NCBI GenBank assembly: GCA_002068885.1
Contig: MWBC01000004.1
Location: forward strand, 2,901 to 34,900
Reading direction: 5' to 3'
Origin: an archaeon ADurb.Bin336
Lineage (GTDB): Archaea; Iainarchaeota; Iainarchaeia; Iainarchaeales; JAAZKV01
Length of the DNA: 32,000 nt
Positions within the stretch are counted from its first letter, which is position 1, and each line of letters opens with the position of its first letter. The notes beneath the pieces were generated by a model. It did no database searches. It had not been told where the DNA came from and saw nothing but the letters and a program-made list of their open reading frames with translations. Below are positions 16,975 through 24,948 of this stretch, in pieces. The translations under genes and the position numbers were made by a program.

Positions 16975-19509
16975 TTATAGGAATGATTCTAGTTTGTTGA
17001 TTAGCTCTCTTGCAGCAGTAGCTGTATCGTTAGCAGTCCATCCAGCAACTACTATACTACCGTTGTCAAGAACAGCAGCTACCCAATCTCCGTCAGAAAC
17101 TAATCTGTCTTTTAGAGTTTGACCTTCAACTGAGATAGTTGCAGCCACTCTGTTTACCATGTGTCCACCAACAATGATAGCCTTACCCCTTGAAGCGTCA
17201 GTATCTAACTTAACGATGTTACCAACTGAAACAACAGTCTTACCTGCAGCTCCGTTGATTCCAGTTATAGTTACGTTACCCTTAGTTTCTCCAACAGCAA
17301 CGCCAGTTTGAGCTGATCCACCAGATACAACTTCAGAAGCATCTGTTGAACCTAAATATACTTCAACTTTTCTTCTTTCTTCAGGCACAACTAATGTGAA
17401 TACTGAATTATCTGAAGAAACTTCAGTTCCGTATGTTGTAGCAGCAGCTTGTAGGTAATCTGATCCTCCTCTTATTGCTTTAGTTCTCCAATCAGCGTAT
17501 GATGCATCTAAAGATGGACCATAATTTGTGTATTGGTCACTTAAGTCAACTAAAGAGTTGTAATTCCATACATCTCCGTCTTCGTCTGCTTTTATTGCTA
17601 AAGTTACTACACTTTCAGTAGTTGCATCTTTGAATTCAAACAATGCAGCAAATGCGTTTTTATCGCTTGCTACAAGTTGAGGCCCAGTAACATTCCAATT
17701 CATAACATCGTTTGTGAATTCAGTCATGTTTGGTCTGTAGTAATCAGATGACAAATCAGCAAAGTATCCGCCAGCATTTACATCTCCACCAAGAGTCCCA
17801 GTGAATTCTATTTGAGCTCCCAAACTTCCGCCTCTATTGTATACAGGGAATGTTTGTGCAGCTAATAGCAAGTATCCCATTCCGGTTACTTTGTTTGCAG
17901 CAACAACATAATTAACATCGTCAGAAGCTGAACCCGAGTATGGTCTTACTCCTAAGTCTAAGTTAATTTGTTTTCCTGTTGAGTTGTAGTCAAAAGACTC
18001 AATTATACTTGCACTAGTTAAGTCACCGAATGTGTCTGCCCCAGTTTGGTCACCTTTTGTGTAATATACATTGTTATCATTGAACCATAGTGTATAATCT
18101 TGTCCTGCTACTGTTATCAAAGTTGCTCTTTCTGTTTGGAAGTCAAACTGTTTGTAGAATGGAACAGTTATTTCTTTACCTTTCAAATCAGAGTACTTCA
18201 ACTCAGAGTTTCCAAGAGTTAGTTCTTTTGATGGCTTGCTTTGGAATCCGATTAACTCGAATTTAGCATAGTCGTTTGGCAAAGAGATATTTTCACCAAC
18301 TTTCAAAACGTATTTTGAAGTGTCTGTTTGTGAGCCAATTGTCTTGTTATAAGCCCACTGGTTTGAAATTGTTATTCCAGTCAACTTAGTACCATCTTTG
18401 TCAAGAGTAGCCATCCATTGTGCTTTATTGTCTTCAGTTGAGTTATCAGTATATGGGAATCCTCTTCCGTCTCTGATTTCTAATCTGTCATCTCCAGTTC
18501 TTATTGTTGCAGTGTACTTGTTAGCAGCTAAGTTCAATCCCGCAGCTGTTACAAATATATTGTCTGAGAACAAATCCCCAAATTCTTCTTTTAGGTTATA
18601 TGCTCCAGATTGAGTGTCTTTTTCAACGAATTTTATACCACTTGATCCGTCTTTTAAAGCCCATTTAGCTCTGTAAAATTGATTTCCAGATCCTATTTGA
18701 ACTAAATCAACTAATTCAACAGATAGTGTTTTTCCTGCGTAAGTTCCTTTTCCAGCAACTTCCACAGATTCACCAACAACTAAATCAGTAGGGTTTGTGT
18801 TAGCGTAGAATACTAACCAAGTACCATTAGATTTAACTTCGTCAAGAACGTAAGTTTTTCCTAAAATTGGTATTTGTAAATCGTATCCTGAATTTGCGTC
18901 AAGACCTGTTGTTACAACACCAGTTAAATCTAATGCAGCTCCGAATTCTAATTTATAGGATAAAGCATTTTTAGCAACAGTTCCTGTCATTTCGCCGATT
19001 GCATATCTTGAAGATCCTGTTTCCATTTGTGCTCCAGTAGCCATTACTCCAGAAATTGTTTCTGTTAAAGACATTGTCTTTTGAGTTGTACTATTGTCCC
19101 ACTTATATTTAAATGAAGTATTATTAACCAATGATGGCATCTTTGAGCTTGTAACTGTCATTGTAGCAGTATTTCCCAAAGTAACTTCTTCTAATTCTCC
19201 AGCTCCAGCTACGCTTGTTGTTCCGCCAACTGTGTAATCAACTGTTGGTGCGCCTGTTGTTGCGTCAACTGTAGCTAATTGTGCTACTTTTGCTGCTATG
19301 TTTCCAGCCCAAACAACATCTGCTGCTTGACCCATAGATCCTACTACAATGTCAACTACTGGTGTTCCAGTTGTGTTAACAATGTTTGACTTTTGTAGCG
19401 AGTTAACGTTATTGAATACTCCTGCCATTACAGCTGGAGCTAACGCAGAGCCCACTAAAGCTGCTCCAATTCCTAGAGCTGCTATTCTTTTAACGTTTAG
19501 TCCTTTCAT
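16975..19509 (-). CDS. S-layer (surface array) protein precursor
   Basis: 844 aa with a signal peptide MKGLNVKRIAALGIGAALVGSALAPAVMAG. It is T/S/G/N/D/A-rich, has no Cys that I can find, and carries many N-x-S/T sequons. The C-terminal ...AIIVGGHMVNRVAA...VVAGWTANDTATAAREL resembles archaeal S-layer C-termini. G+C and codon usage differ visibly from neighbouring genes. It has a strong SD and a consensus promoter. Confidence 0.75.
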   Translation of the reverse strand: MKGLNVKRIAALGIGAALVGSALAPAVMAGVFNNVNSLQKSNIVNTTGTPVVDIVVGSMGQAADVVWAGNIAAKVAQLATVDATTGAPTVDYTVGGTTSVAGAGELEEVTLGNTATMTVTSSKMPSLVNNTSFKYKWDNSTTQKTMSLTETISGVMATGAQMETGSSRYAIGEMTGTVAKNALSYKLEFGAALDLTGVVTTGLDANSGYDLQIPILGKTYVLDEVKSNGTWLVFYANTNPTDLVVGESVEVAGKGTYAGKTLSVELVDLVQIGSGNQFYRAKWALKDGSSGIKFVEKDTQSGAYNLKEEFGDLFSDNIFVTAAGLNLAANKYTATIRTGDDRLEIRDGRGFPYTDNSTEDNKAQWMATLDKDGTKLTGITISNQWAYNKTIGSQTDTSKYVLKVGENISLPNDYAKFELIGFQSKPSKELTLGNSELKYSDLKGKEITVPFYKQFDFQTERATLITVAGQDYTLWFNDNNVYYTKGDQTGADTFGDLTSASIIESFDYNSTGKQINLDLGVRPYSGSASDDVNYVVAANKVTGMGYLLLAAQTFPVYNRGGSLGAQIEFTGTLGGDVNAGGYFADLSSDYYRPNMTEFTNDVMNWNVTGPQLVASDKNAFAALFEFKDATTESVVTLAIKADEDGDVWNYNSLVDLSDQYTNYGPSLDASYADWRTKAIRGGSDYLQAAATTYGTEVSSDNSVFTLVVPEERRKVEVYLGSTDASEVVSGGSAQTGVAVGETKGNVTITGINGAAGKTVVSVGNIVKLDTDASRGKAIIVGGHMVNRVAATISVEGQTLKDRLVSDGDWVAAVLDNGSIVVAGWTANDTATAARELINKLESFL

Positions 19510-19515
19510 CTATTT

Positions 19516-19522
19516 TCACCTC
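19516..19522 (-). promoter_or_regulatory. Shine-Dalgarno site of the S-layer gene
   Basis: On the minus strand, TTGAGGTGAAAATAGATG places GAGGTGA 6 nt before the ATG. Confidence 0.5.
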
Positions 19523-19644
19523 AAAACTAAAAACAATCCACTTTGCTTAACTAATCGCTTTTACTTATTCTCGCGTTAATTTATGTTTGCAAGAATTTTT
19601 GGCGATTATTTAAGCCAATTGGCATAACTAAGTTTGCTTCTTTG

Positions 19645-19658
19645 GCTTTAAAAAGCTT
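19645..19658 (-). promoter_or_regulatory. Candidate BRE/TATA element for the S-layer gene (implies a 5' UTR of about 110 nt)
   Basis: The minus strand reads AAGCTTTTTAAAGC, sharing the 13-mer AAGCTTTTTAAAG with the L10e upstream element at 2545-2558. Confidence 0.45.
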
Positions 19659-20084
19659 TTGGAAAGGGAAACGAATACCCTTACGACAAGGGGAGTCACC
19701 AAGGGGTTTTTTACGTTTAGGATGAATGATGACTTCGACAATTGCCATTTCAACTATTTTTGTACCAATTAAAAAAATTATTAAGTTTATTATTCAAACA
19801 CCCTAAAAATGCTTCATTCTTACAAGGTAAAAACGCTTTTTTAAAAAAAACTTTTTTGTGTAAAAAATTCTTTTCGTTGATTGTCAATTAGGGGATTAAA
19901 TTAAGATTAGTTTTGTTTTGCTTTAGAAATATCTTTCTTTTGAGTTTTTTTATCAACAACTTAGAGTATGTGAACTTTTCCAACATATTGCACTAAATTA
20001 ATTTAATACTGCATTCAACATCATTTTTTCAAAATCGTAATTTTTGAGTAAATTGAATTTGTTCTAATTTTCTTAAAAGAGCTT

Positions 20085-20270
20085 CTAATTCTTTTCCTTT
20101 ATAATCTTTAAAAACAATTTTCTTTTTAGAAACCATCTTCTAATCACTAGGTGTATTGTGGAATAAACAGTATTTAATAACCCGTCAATTAAATAAACTT
20201 TAAGTTTATAATTGGTTTTTGAATTAATTTCTTCAAAAACTTTATTTATTTCACTCACATTCAAAATCAT
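20085..20270 (-). CDS. Hypothetical small protein (61 aa), doubtful
   Basis: This is an ORF-track call only. Its start overlaps the upstream ORF's stop by 4 nt. I recognise no motif. Confidence 0.2.
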   Translation of the reverse strand: MILNVSEINKVFEEINSKTNYKLKVYLIDGLLNTVYSTIHLVIRRWFLKRKLFLKIIKEKN

Positions 20271-21099
20271 ACTAATCTTAACCCATATAGTTTTGCTTTT
20301 TCTTGTAAATCTTTTTTTGAAGGATAGTTAGGTAAATCAATTCCTGCAAAAACTCTATAAAGGTTTTTTACTATTTCGTCATCTGACTTAATATTGTTTT
20401 TTAATAAGAACATAGCTAAAAAAACTAAGTTCCGATAACCAAAATCAGTTTTTGTTATTAGTAATGCTTGATCAAAAACTTCTTTAGCACTAAGTTTTCT
20501 TTTTGGCAAATAATAATAATTAGTTAGAGGCAAAACTTTTATCCCAAATTCACTAAAAGCTAAAAACGCGGCTTTTGAAGCATTAATTGTTTCACTAGTA
20601 GAAAACAATATTTCTTTTTCAGATTTGAAATAAATTATTGAATTCTTTGGTACGCGTTTATCAAAACTCATTTCTTGTTTCAACAATTCTTGTAAAAACT
20701 CTTTTAATTTTGGCCAATTATTTTCATTAATCACGAATTTGTTTTTCACTTTTAGTATTAAGCCAATACGTCTTCCGCTTTGAATTAATTTATACACTGT
20801 TTGTTCATTACAACCAGTAATGTCACTAATTTTTTTACTGTTATTGGTGAAAGCATTTGTAAAAGAATTGCTAAATTATATTCTCTCAACAAACTAACCA
20901 AATTAAGGTTTTTTCTCAATAAAAAAACAAGATTCTTCAAATAGGGGACATTAACTAAAAAACCATTATTATTAATTAATTCTTTTTCCCTAAGTTTTTT
21001 TATTATTCTGTAAGCTTGGGATTTACTAGAACTCAATGCACTTTGTACTTTGTTAACATATCCAAAAAAAATCAAGCAAACGCAAGGCCTCCAATTCAC
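20267..21099 (-). pseudogene. Double winged-helix regulator-like gene split into two overlapping ORFs by a -1 frame change at an A7 tract (pseudogene, assembly error or programmed frameshift)
   Basis: The 104-aa ORF (20785-21099) contains ...SKSQAYRIIKKLREKELI. The frame of the 176-aa ORF (20267-20797) stays open upstream of its GTG and reads ...KKISDITGCNEQTVYKLIQSGRRIGLI, a second HTH. The two frames meet at A_AAA_AAA (plus-strand T7 at 20830-20836). Both ORFs begin with GTG, not ATG. Confidence 0.5.
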
Positions 21100-21137
21100 T
21101 TCTTGAAAAACTAATAAAATAATCCATTATTATACTA

Positions 21138-21230
21138 TAATGCGAAAAACATATGAATATTAGCATTAAAATATAAAATTAATTATTTTTTATAATAAAA
21201 TGCGAAATTAAATATAAATTTTAGCATTTT
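21138..21230. promoter_or_regulatory. Two tandem ATGC-N-GCAT palindromes (operator-like) upstream of the split wHTH gene
   Basis: TAATGCGAAAAACATATGAATATTAGCATTA (21138-21168) and AAAATGCGAAATTAAATATAAATTTTAGCATTTT (21197-21230). They form a direct repeat of about 59 nt period, and each copy is an inverted repeat. Confidence 0.4.
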
Positions 21231-21259
21231 AATATAATTTTAATTAAAATTTATTATAA

Positions 21260-21610
21260 TTAATTTTTTTTATAACAATAAATTTTGTTATATTTGTCGT
21301 GATCCACTATACTTAAAACAAAAGCAATTACCTCAATCTCATCACTATTTTTTAGTGTATAATCCATTCGCCAAAAGTTTGACAATTCAATATGAAAAAG
21401 GTTTGTAACGCTATACTCTTCCAAATATTTTTTAGGAATAAGTTCTTTTTTAACAGGATCTCCATAATGAGGATTGATTTTAATTAACTCTACTTTATTT
21501 TTTATTGATTTAAGAATAGATTTATTTATCTTTGAATGAACTGCCTGTTCATTTAACTCCTTAAAAGCAAGTTCTGCTTCTTTAGACAAAATAACTCTTA
21601 CTTTTTTCAT
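21260..21610 (-). CDS. RelE/ParE-superfamily toxin-like protein
   Basis: 116 aa. ...IKINPHYGDPVKKELIPKKY...NLFHIELSNFWRMDYTLKNSDEIEVIAFVLSIVDHDKYNKIY follows the RelE/ParE pattern (helical N-terminus, P-x-x-G, a W/Y-R-hhY strand, then h-h-I-x-x-H-x-x-Y). Its ATG overlaps the upstream ORF's stop as ATGA. Confidence 0.6.
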   Translation of the reverse strand: MKKVRVILSKEAELAFKELNEQAVHSKINKSILKSIKNKVELIKINPHYGDPVKKELIPKKYLEEYSVTNLFHIELSNFWRMDYTLKNSDEIEVIAFVLSIVDHDKYNKIYCYKKN

Positions 21611-21882
21611 AATTCGAAACCTTTTGAGACCGCTTGTTCTAATTTAGAATTGTTATTCTCAATCCAAGTAATTCCTTTTGAAGAAAATAATATTTTGTTA
21701 CTATCTTCAAGATAACCTAAAATAACTTTCAATGTATTATGATTAACTTGCTTTGGAAGAGCTCTTTTCAAATCAGCAACAGTAAACACGCTCAAAGGAA
21801 TAGATTTCATTGTTTGTTCCACCATCAAAACAGTGTTCAAAGTCGGCGAAGAAACTTCTTTTTCTTTAGTCTTAGCAAACAT
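21607..21882 (-). CDS. Putative cognate antitoxin / small wHTH-like protein
   Basis: It sits immediately upstream of, and is translationally coupled to, the RelE-like ORF. I prefer ATG 21882 (MFAKTKEKE...) over the GTG at 21891. The sequence itself is not recognisable to me. Confidence 0.45.
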   Translation of the reverse strand: MFAKTKEKEVSSPTLNTVLMVEQTMKSIPLSVFTVADLKRALPKQVNHNTLKVILGYLEDSNKILFSSKGITWIENNNSKLEQAVSKGFEL

Positions 21883-22004
21883 AAAAACCACTTACTAACT
21901 AATAACAAATTGGTATTAGTAAATAAATAAAAATGTTTGTGTTGATGAAAATCATAAACTCTTACTAATACCTTTTGCAAAATTAGATGAAGTCAATTAA
22001 TTTT

Positions 22005-23195
22005 TTACTCAAAAACCCCTAAACAACAAACAGAGTTTAATCCTTCCCTATTATATAAACAATCAGAAAAATACATAAAATCGTCATGCACCCATTTTTG
22101 AGTACACCCATTTTCATAATAAGTAATATTTGAATCCCATAATTTAGACTCTAATTCTTTAAACTCGTCAAGTTGTACCCTGTTCCATAATTTACTTTCT
22201 CTCCAAGTAGGTGCAACATAATCAAAGTAATCCCCATCACTACCATCCCCTGGGAGACAAACTCCTGTAAAATTAAATTTATTTCGGGTTATCACAATCT
22301 TCCCATATTTATAATCTTGTTCTTTGAGAGAAACTAAAAAAAGTTCTACATTATCTAAACCAAAAAAGTTTTTCTTGTGAATTATTTCTATTAATTCATT
22401 TTCATCCACCACTTTTGCTACCCTACGCTCTTCAAAAACACAGTGAGAAATTTCTCCTGCAATTAAACAATTTGCTATTTTGTTTGAATCTAAATTAAAG
22501 ACCATTAAGTATTCATTACCTTGGTTGGTTTGAACCAGAGTATGTTGAGGAATAAATCCATTGAGAAAAAAAGCTGTTAGAAAACTTACTAAAATTAAAA
22601 TTATTGAAAGCCCTGCATAAATAAAAAATCTTTTAGTAGCAGGTTCAACGAACTTGTTAACTTCTTTAGAATATTTAACAACATTAAATGCAGAAAAAAC
22701 TTGGATGAACATTACAAATAGGGGAAGACCTATACAAAGAATGGTAAAGATATCAAAATCGTTTCTAAGAAAAAGAAAAAATCCAAACACTAAAAACACG
22801 CAAGGACTTACACAGAAAAAAAAGATTTGAAGAATATCATAGGAAGAAATTATTGTAAAAGAAGTTTCATCTTTACTAATTTGTCCAAAATAAGTTGACT
22901 CCGCAACAGGTTTATTCAAATCCCAAGTGGTGACAGGACGCTTGTTGTTTTGAACCTTAAAATATTTACTAGAAAAAAAGGAAATATAAATTAGACAAAA
23001 AAATAAGTAAATCCACCTAATATAATCAAATTCAATAAATGGAAGAAACCCACTCAAATTCAAAAAATCAATTCCTGCAAAACCAATCCAAAAAATAATT
23101 GGTAATATTAATGATATTTGCCAAAACAAGCCCATTTTACTAATTGTTTCAAAAACTAATTTTTGCTCTTCGGAAGAAAGACCATTACTGCTCAT
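22005..23195 (-). CDS. Membrane protein (about 6 TM) with a Cys-containing C-terminal ectodomain, unknown function
   Basis: Long ORF. I prefer ATG 23195 (MSSNGLSSEEQ...) over the GTG at 23207. Hydrophobic segments run to about residue 215, followed by a soluble domain of about 180 aa with 8 Cys, ending ...SVCCLGVFE. Confidence 0.5.
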   Translation of the reverse strand: MSSNGLSSEEQKLVFETISKMGLFWQISLILPIIFWIGFAGIDFLNLSGFLPFIEFDYIRWIYLFFCLIYISFFSSKYFKVQNNKRPVTTWDLNKPVAESTYFGQISKDETSFTIISSYDILQIFFFCVSPCVFLVFGFFLFLRNDFDIFTILCIGLPLFVMFIQVFSAFNVVKYSKEVNKFVEPATKRFFIYAGLSIILILVSFLTAFFLNGFIPQHTLVQTNQGNEYLMVFNLDSNKIANCLIAGEISHCVFEERRVAKVVDENELIEIIHKKNFFGLDNVELFLVSLKEQDYKYGKIVITRNKFNFTGVCLPGDGSDGDYFDYVAPTWRESKLWNRVQLDEFKELESKLWDSNITYYENGCTQKWVHDDFMYFSDCLYNREGLNSVCCLGVFE

Positions 23196-23306
23196 AGCAA
23201 TACACACTATTTAAGAATATAAAAACTTTTTGAAAAACAAAAATAAAAAAAAAACTAGATTCAAATTTCAAACAAAGAAATAATTTTATTGAAATAAATT
23301 TGTTTC

Positions 23307-23942
23307 TCATTCATAAATTTTTTTGTAGAATTTGTTTAGTTCTTCTTTGTTTAAGTTTTTCATCATAACATTAGCATATTTTTGGAATATTCCTGATAAT
23401 TGTACGAGTCCATCTTGGAATTCTGCTTGAGAGATATCTAGTTTGTTTGGTTTTATTACTTCTATTGATGTTGGGCCATAGTAGAATAGGAATAGTATTA
23501 GTGTAGAGAAATCTTTTACTGTTAAAGTGGTTTCAATGAAAGTAGAGTACATATTGTCTTCCTCAATTATTTCAGCAGAATCAATTCCATATACTGTAAA
23601 ATTAGTTTCTTTTTTAATTGCTTCAATCACTTTGTTAACATGTCTTTCAAGGAGTGTTTTTTCAATTGCTTTTAATTCAATAATTGCTCTAACTTTTATT
23701 TTGAACGAATCTTCTTCGGAAATTTTTTTTCTTTTATTGAGCTCATCAATAATATCTTGTCTTAATCTATACTTTGTAGGGTAACCATCCTTTAACACTA
23801 ACCCAAGTTTTAGCATTTGTTTTAATTCTATTCCTAATTTATCGTAAGGGATGTTTAGTTGTTTGTTTAACTCTTCCTCTGTTTTTGGTTCAGAGAGTAA
23901 GAGCAATGCAATCTTTTTTTGTTCGTCACTAAATCCACTCAC
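23307..23942 (-). CDS. Winged-helix (TrmB/MarR-like N-terminus) protein with an uncharacterised C-terminal domain
   Basis: SDEQKKIALLLLSEPKTEEELNKQLNIPYDKLGIELKQMLKLGLVLKDGYPTKYRL has a wHTH layout. The GTG start is preceded by AGGTGA at an 8-nt spacing. Confidence 0.5.
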   Translation of the reverse strand: MSGFSDEQKKIALLLLSEPKTEEELNKQLNIPYDKLGIELKQMLKLGLVLKDGYPTKYRLRQDIIDELNKRKKISEEDSFKIKVRAIIELKAIEKTLLERHVNKVIEAIKKETNFTVYGIDSAEIIEEDNMYSTFIETTLTVKDFSTLILFLFYYGPTSIEVIKPNKLDISQAEFQDGLVQLSGIFQKYANVMMKNLNKEELNKFYKKIYE

Positions 23943-24071
23943 TTTAAAATCACCTGACTCTTATAAAAGAGGGGTGTGTGGGGTTTAAAAAAGTAATTTT
24001 AAAGTGTTTTTTCTAAAGAATAAGAATAAAAGTAAAGCAAAACTAAAATGTATACAGAAAGAGTGTTTTGA

Positions 24072-24398
24072 ATGGATTTAATTTTGCTTAACTTGTTTAA
24101 TGAGTTCGCTAAGGGAATGAGTTTTTCTTTACCCAAAGCGAGTGAAGCGTTTAGCTTTTTGTTTAACCCAACTATTTTACTAATCGCAATCATTTTAATT
24201 GCAGTAACAATATTCATTTTGTTTTTCTTAAAAAAAGTAATTACTAATAGTATTCTTGGAGGAGTTACTTGGTTCATTGTTATTTACTTATTCAAAATAG
24301 AGTTGCCCCTAATACCTAGTTTTGTAATATCAGTAATAATTGGCCCAGCAGGTATAGGAACCATGCTATTATTAAAGTTCTTTGGTTTACTTATTTAG
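24072..24398 (+). CDS. Small membrane protein, BofA-family-like
   Basis: 108 aa. ...NSILGGVTWFIVIYLF...VISVIIGPAGIGTMLLLKFFGL resembles the N-x-hhG...G-x-PG-hhhLL arrangement of BofA-type two- or three-TM proteins. Confidence 0.45.
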   Translation: MDLILLNLFNEFAKGMSFSLPKASEAFSFLFNPTILLIAIILIAVTIFILFFLKKVITNSILGGVTWFIVIYLFKIELPLIPSFVISVIIGPAGIGTMLLLKFFGLLI

Positions 24399-24403
24399 AG
24401 GTT

Positions 24404-24778
24404 TTGGTGGTGAGGAGAAAAATTCTTGGGTTCGGGACACGAGCAAGTGCAGGAATGAAGCGAGGAGCTTCTACTCTTAAGAGGAGTGCAGGAAATCTTA
24501 AGGTGAAGACAAGTAATTTTGGGAGGAACGCTAAATTGGTTACCCAAGCAGAGAGATTATTGTTTAGAAATAGGAATGGAAGAATAATATATGGGGATTC
24601 TTTACCGGTTTACAAAACCCTACAATTAGTTAAAAAAAGTAATTTACCCGAGAATGTCAAAAAGAAATATGTGGGAAAATTAAATGAGTTGTTTAAAAGA
24701 CACTATGAATTTGGAGTGAAGTGGGCAGAGGCCAGAAACGTACCCCCAGCTTCAGCAAGACAAAGAAAAGTTGGATAA
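24404..24778 (+). CDS. Highly basic 124-aa protein, unknown function
   Basis: The ORF starts (TTG, or an internal ATG at codon 17) 5 nt after the BofA-like stop, so the two are probably co-transcribed. It is R/K-rich, and its G+C is visibly above that of the surrounding sequence. Confidence 0.4.
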   Translation: MVVRRKILGFGTRASAGMKRGASTLKRSAGNLKVKTSNFGRNAKLVTQAERLLFRNRNGRIIYGDSLPVYKTLQLVKKSNLPENVKKKYVGKLNELFKRHYEFGVKWAEARNVPPASARQRKVG

Positions 24779-24948
24779 TGAAAAAAGAAAAAAATATTTT
24801 TTTGAACTTAGCCAAAGAAACTCTTTGAAATTTTTTTCCCACCCTCACTCTTTGAAAAAAATTTATTCAAATGTTTTTTAGGCATATTACATTAAATAGT
24901 TTAATCTGCTTTAATAATTTATTGAAAAGAAAGGGAAAGGAATAAAGA

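Noticed and set aside
13031-19579. Plus-strand ORFs at 13031-13297, 14855-15082, 14923-15159, 16048-16482, 18398-18613 and 19349-19579
   Set aside because: All are antisense shadows of the longer minus-strand envelope and S-layer genes. None has a recognisable motif.
19726-19732. A C-box-like ATGATGA suggesting a C/D box sRNA
   Set aside because: There is no CTGA D box within the expected distance on that strand and no terminal stem.
19581-19748. A 55-codon minus-strand ORF (MAIVEVIIHPKRKKPLGDSPCRKGIRFPFQKLFKAKEANLVMPIGLNNRQKFLQT) upstream of the S-layer gene
   Set aside because: It has no SD and I recognise no family. It also spans the consensus S-layer BRE/TATA element, so it is more likely non-coding. 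I kept it only as a note inside a finding.
20029-20136. A 35-codon minus-strand ORF (MVSKKKIVFKDYKGKELEALLRKLEQIQFTQKLRF) overlapping the 61-aa ORF out of frame
   Set aside because: It is too short and unsupported. It could hint at further frame decay in the islet, but I cannot support a call.
23999-24277. A 92-aa minus-strand ORF overlapping the start of the BofA-like gene
   Set aside because: It is antisense to a better-supported membrane-protein ORF and crosses the divergent promoter region. It has no motif.
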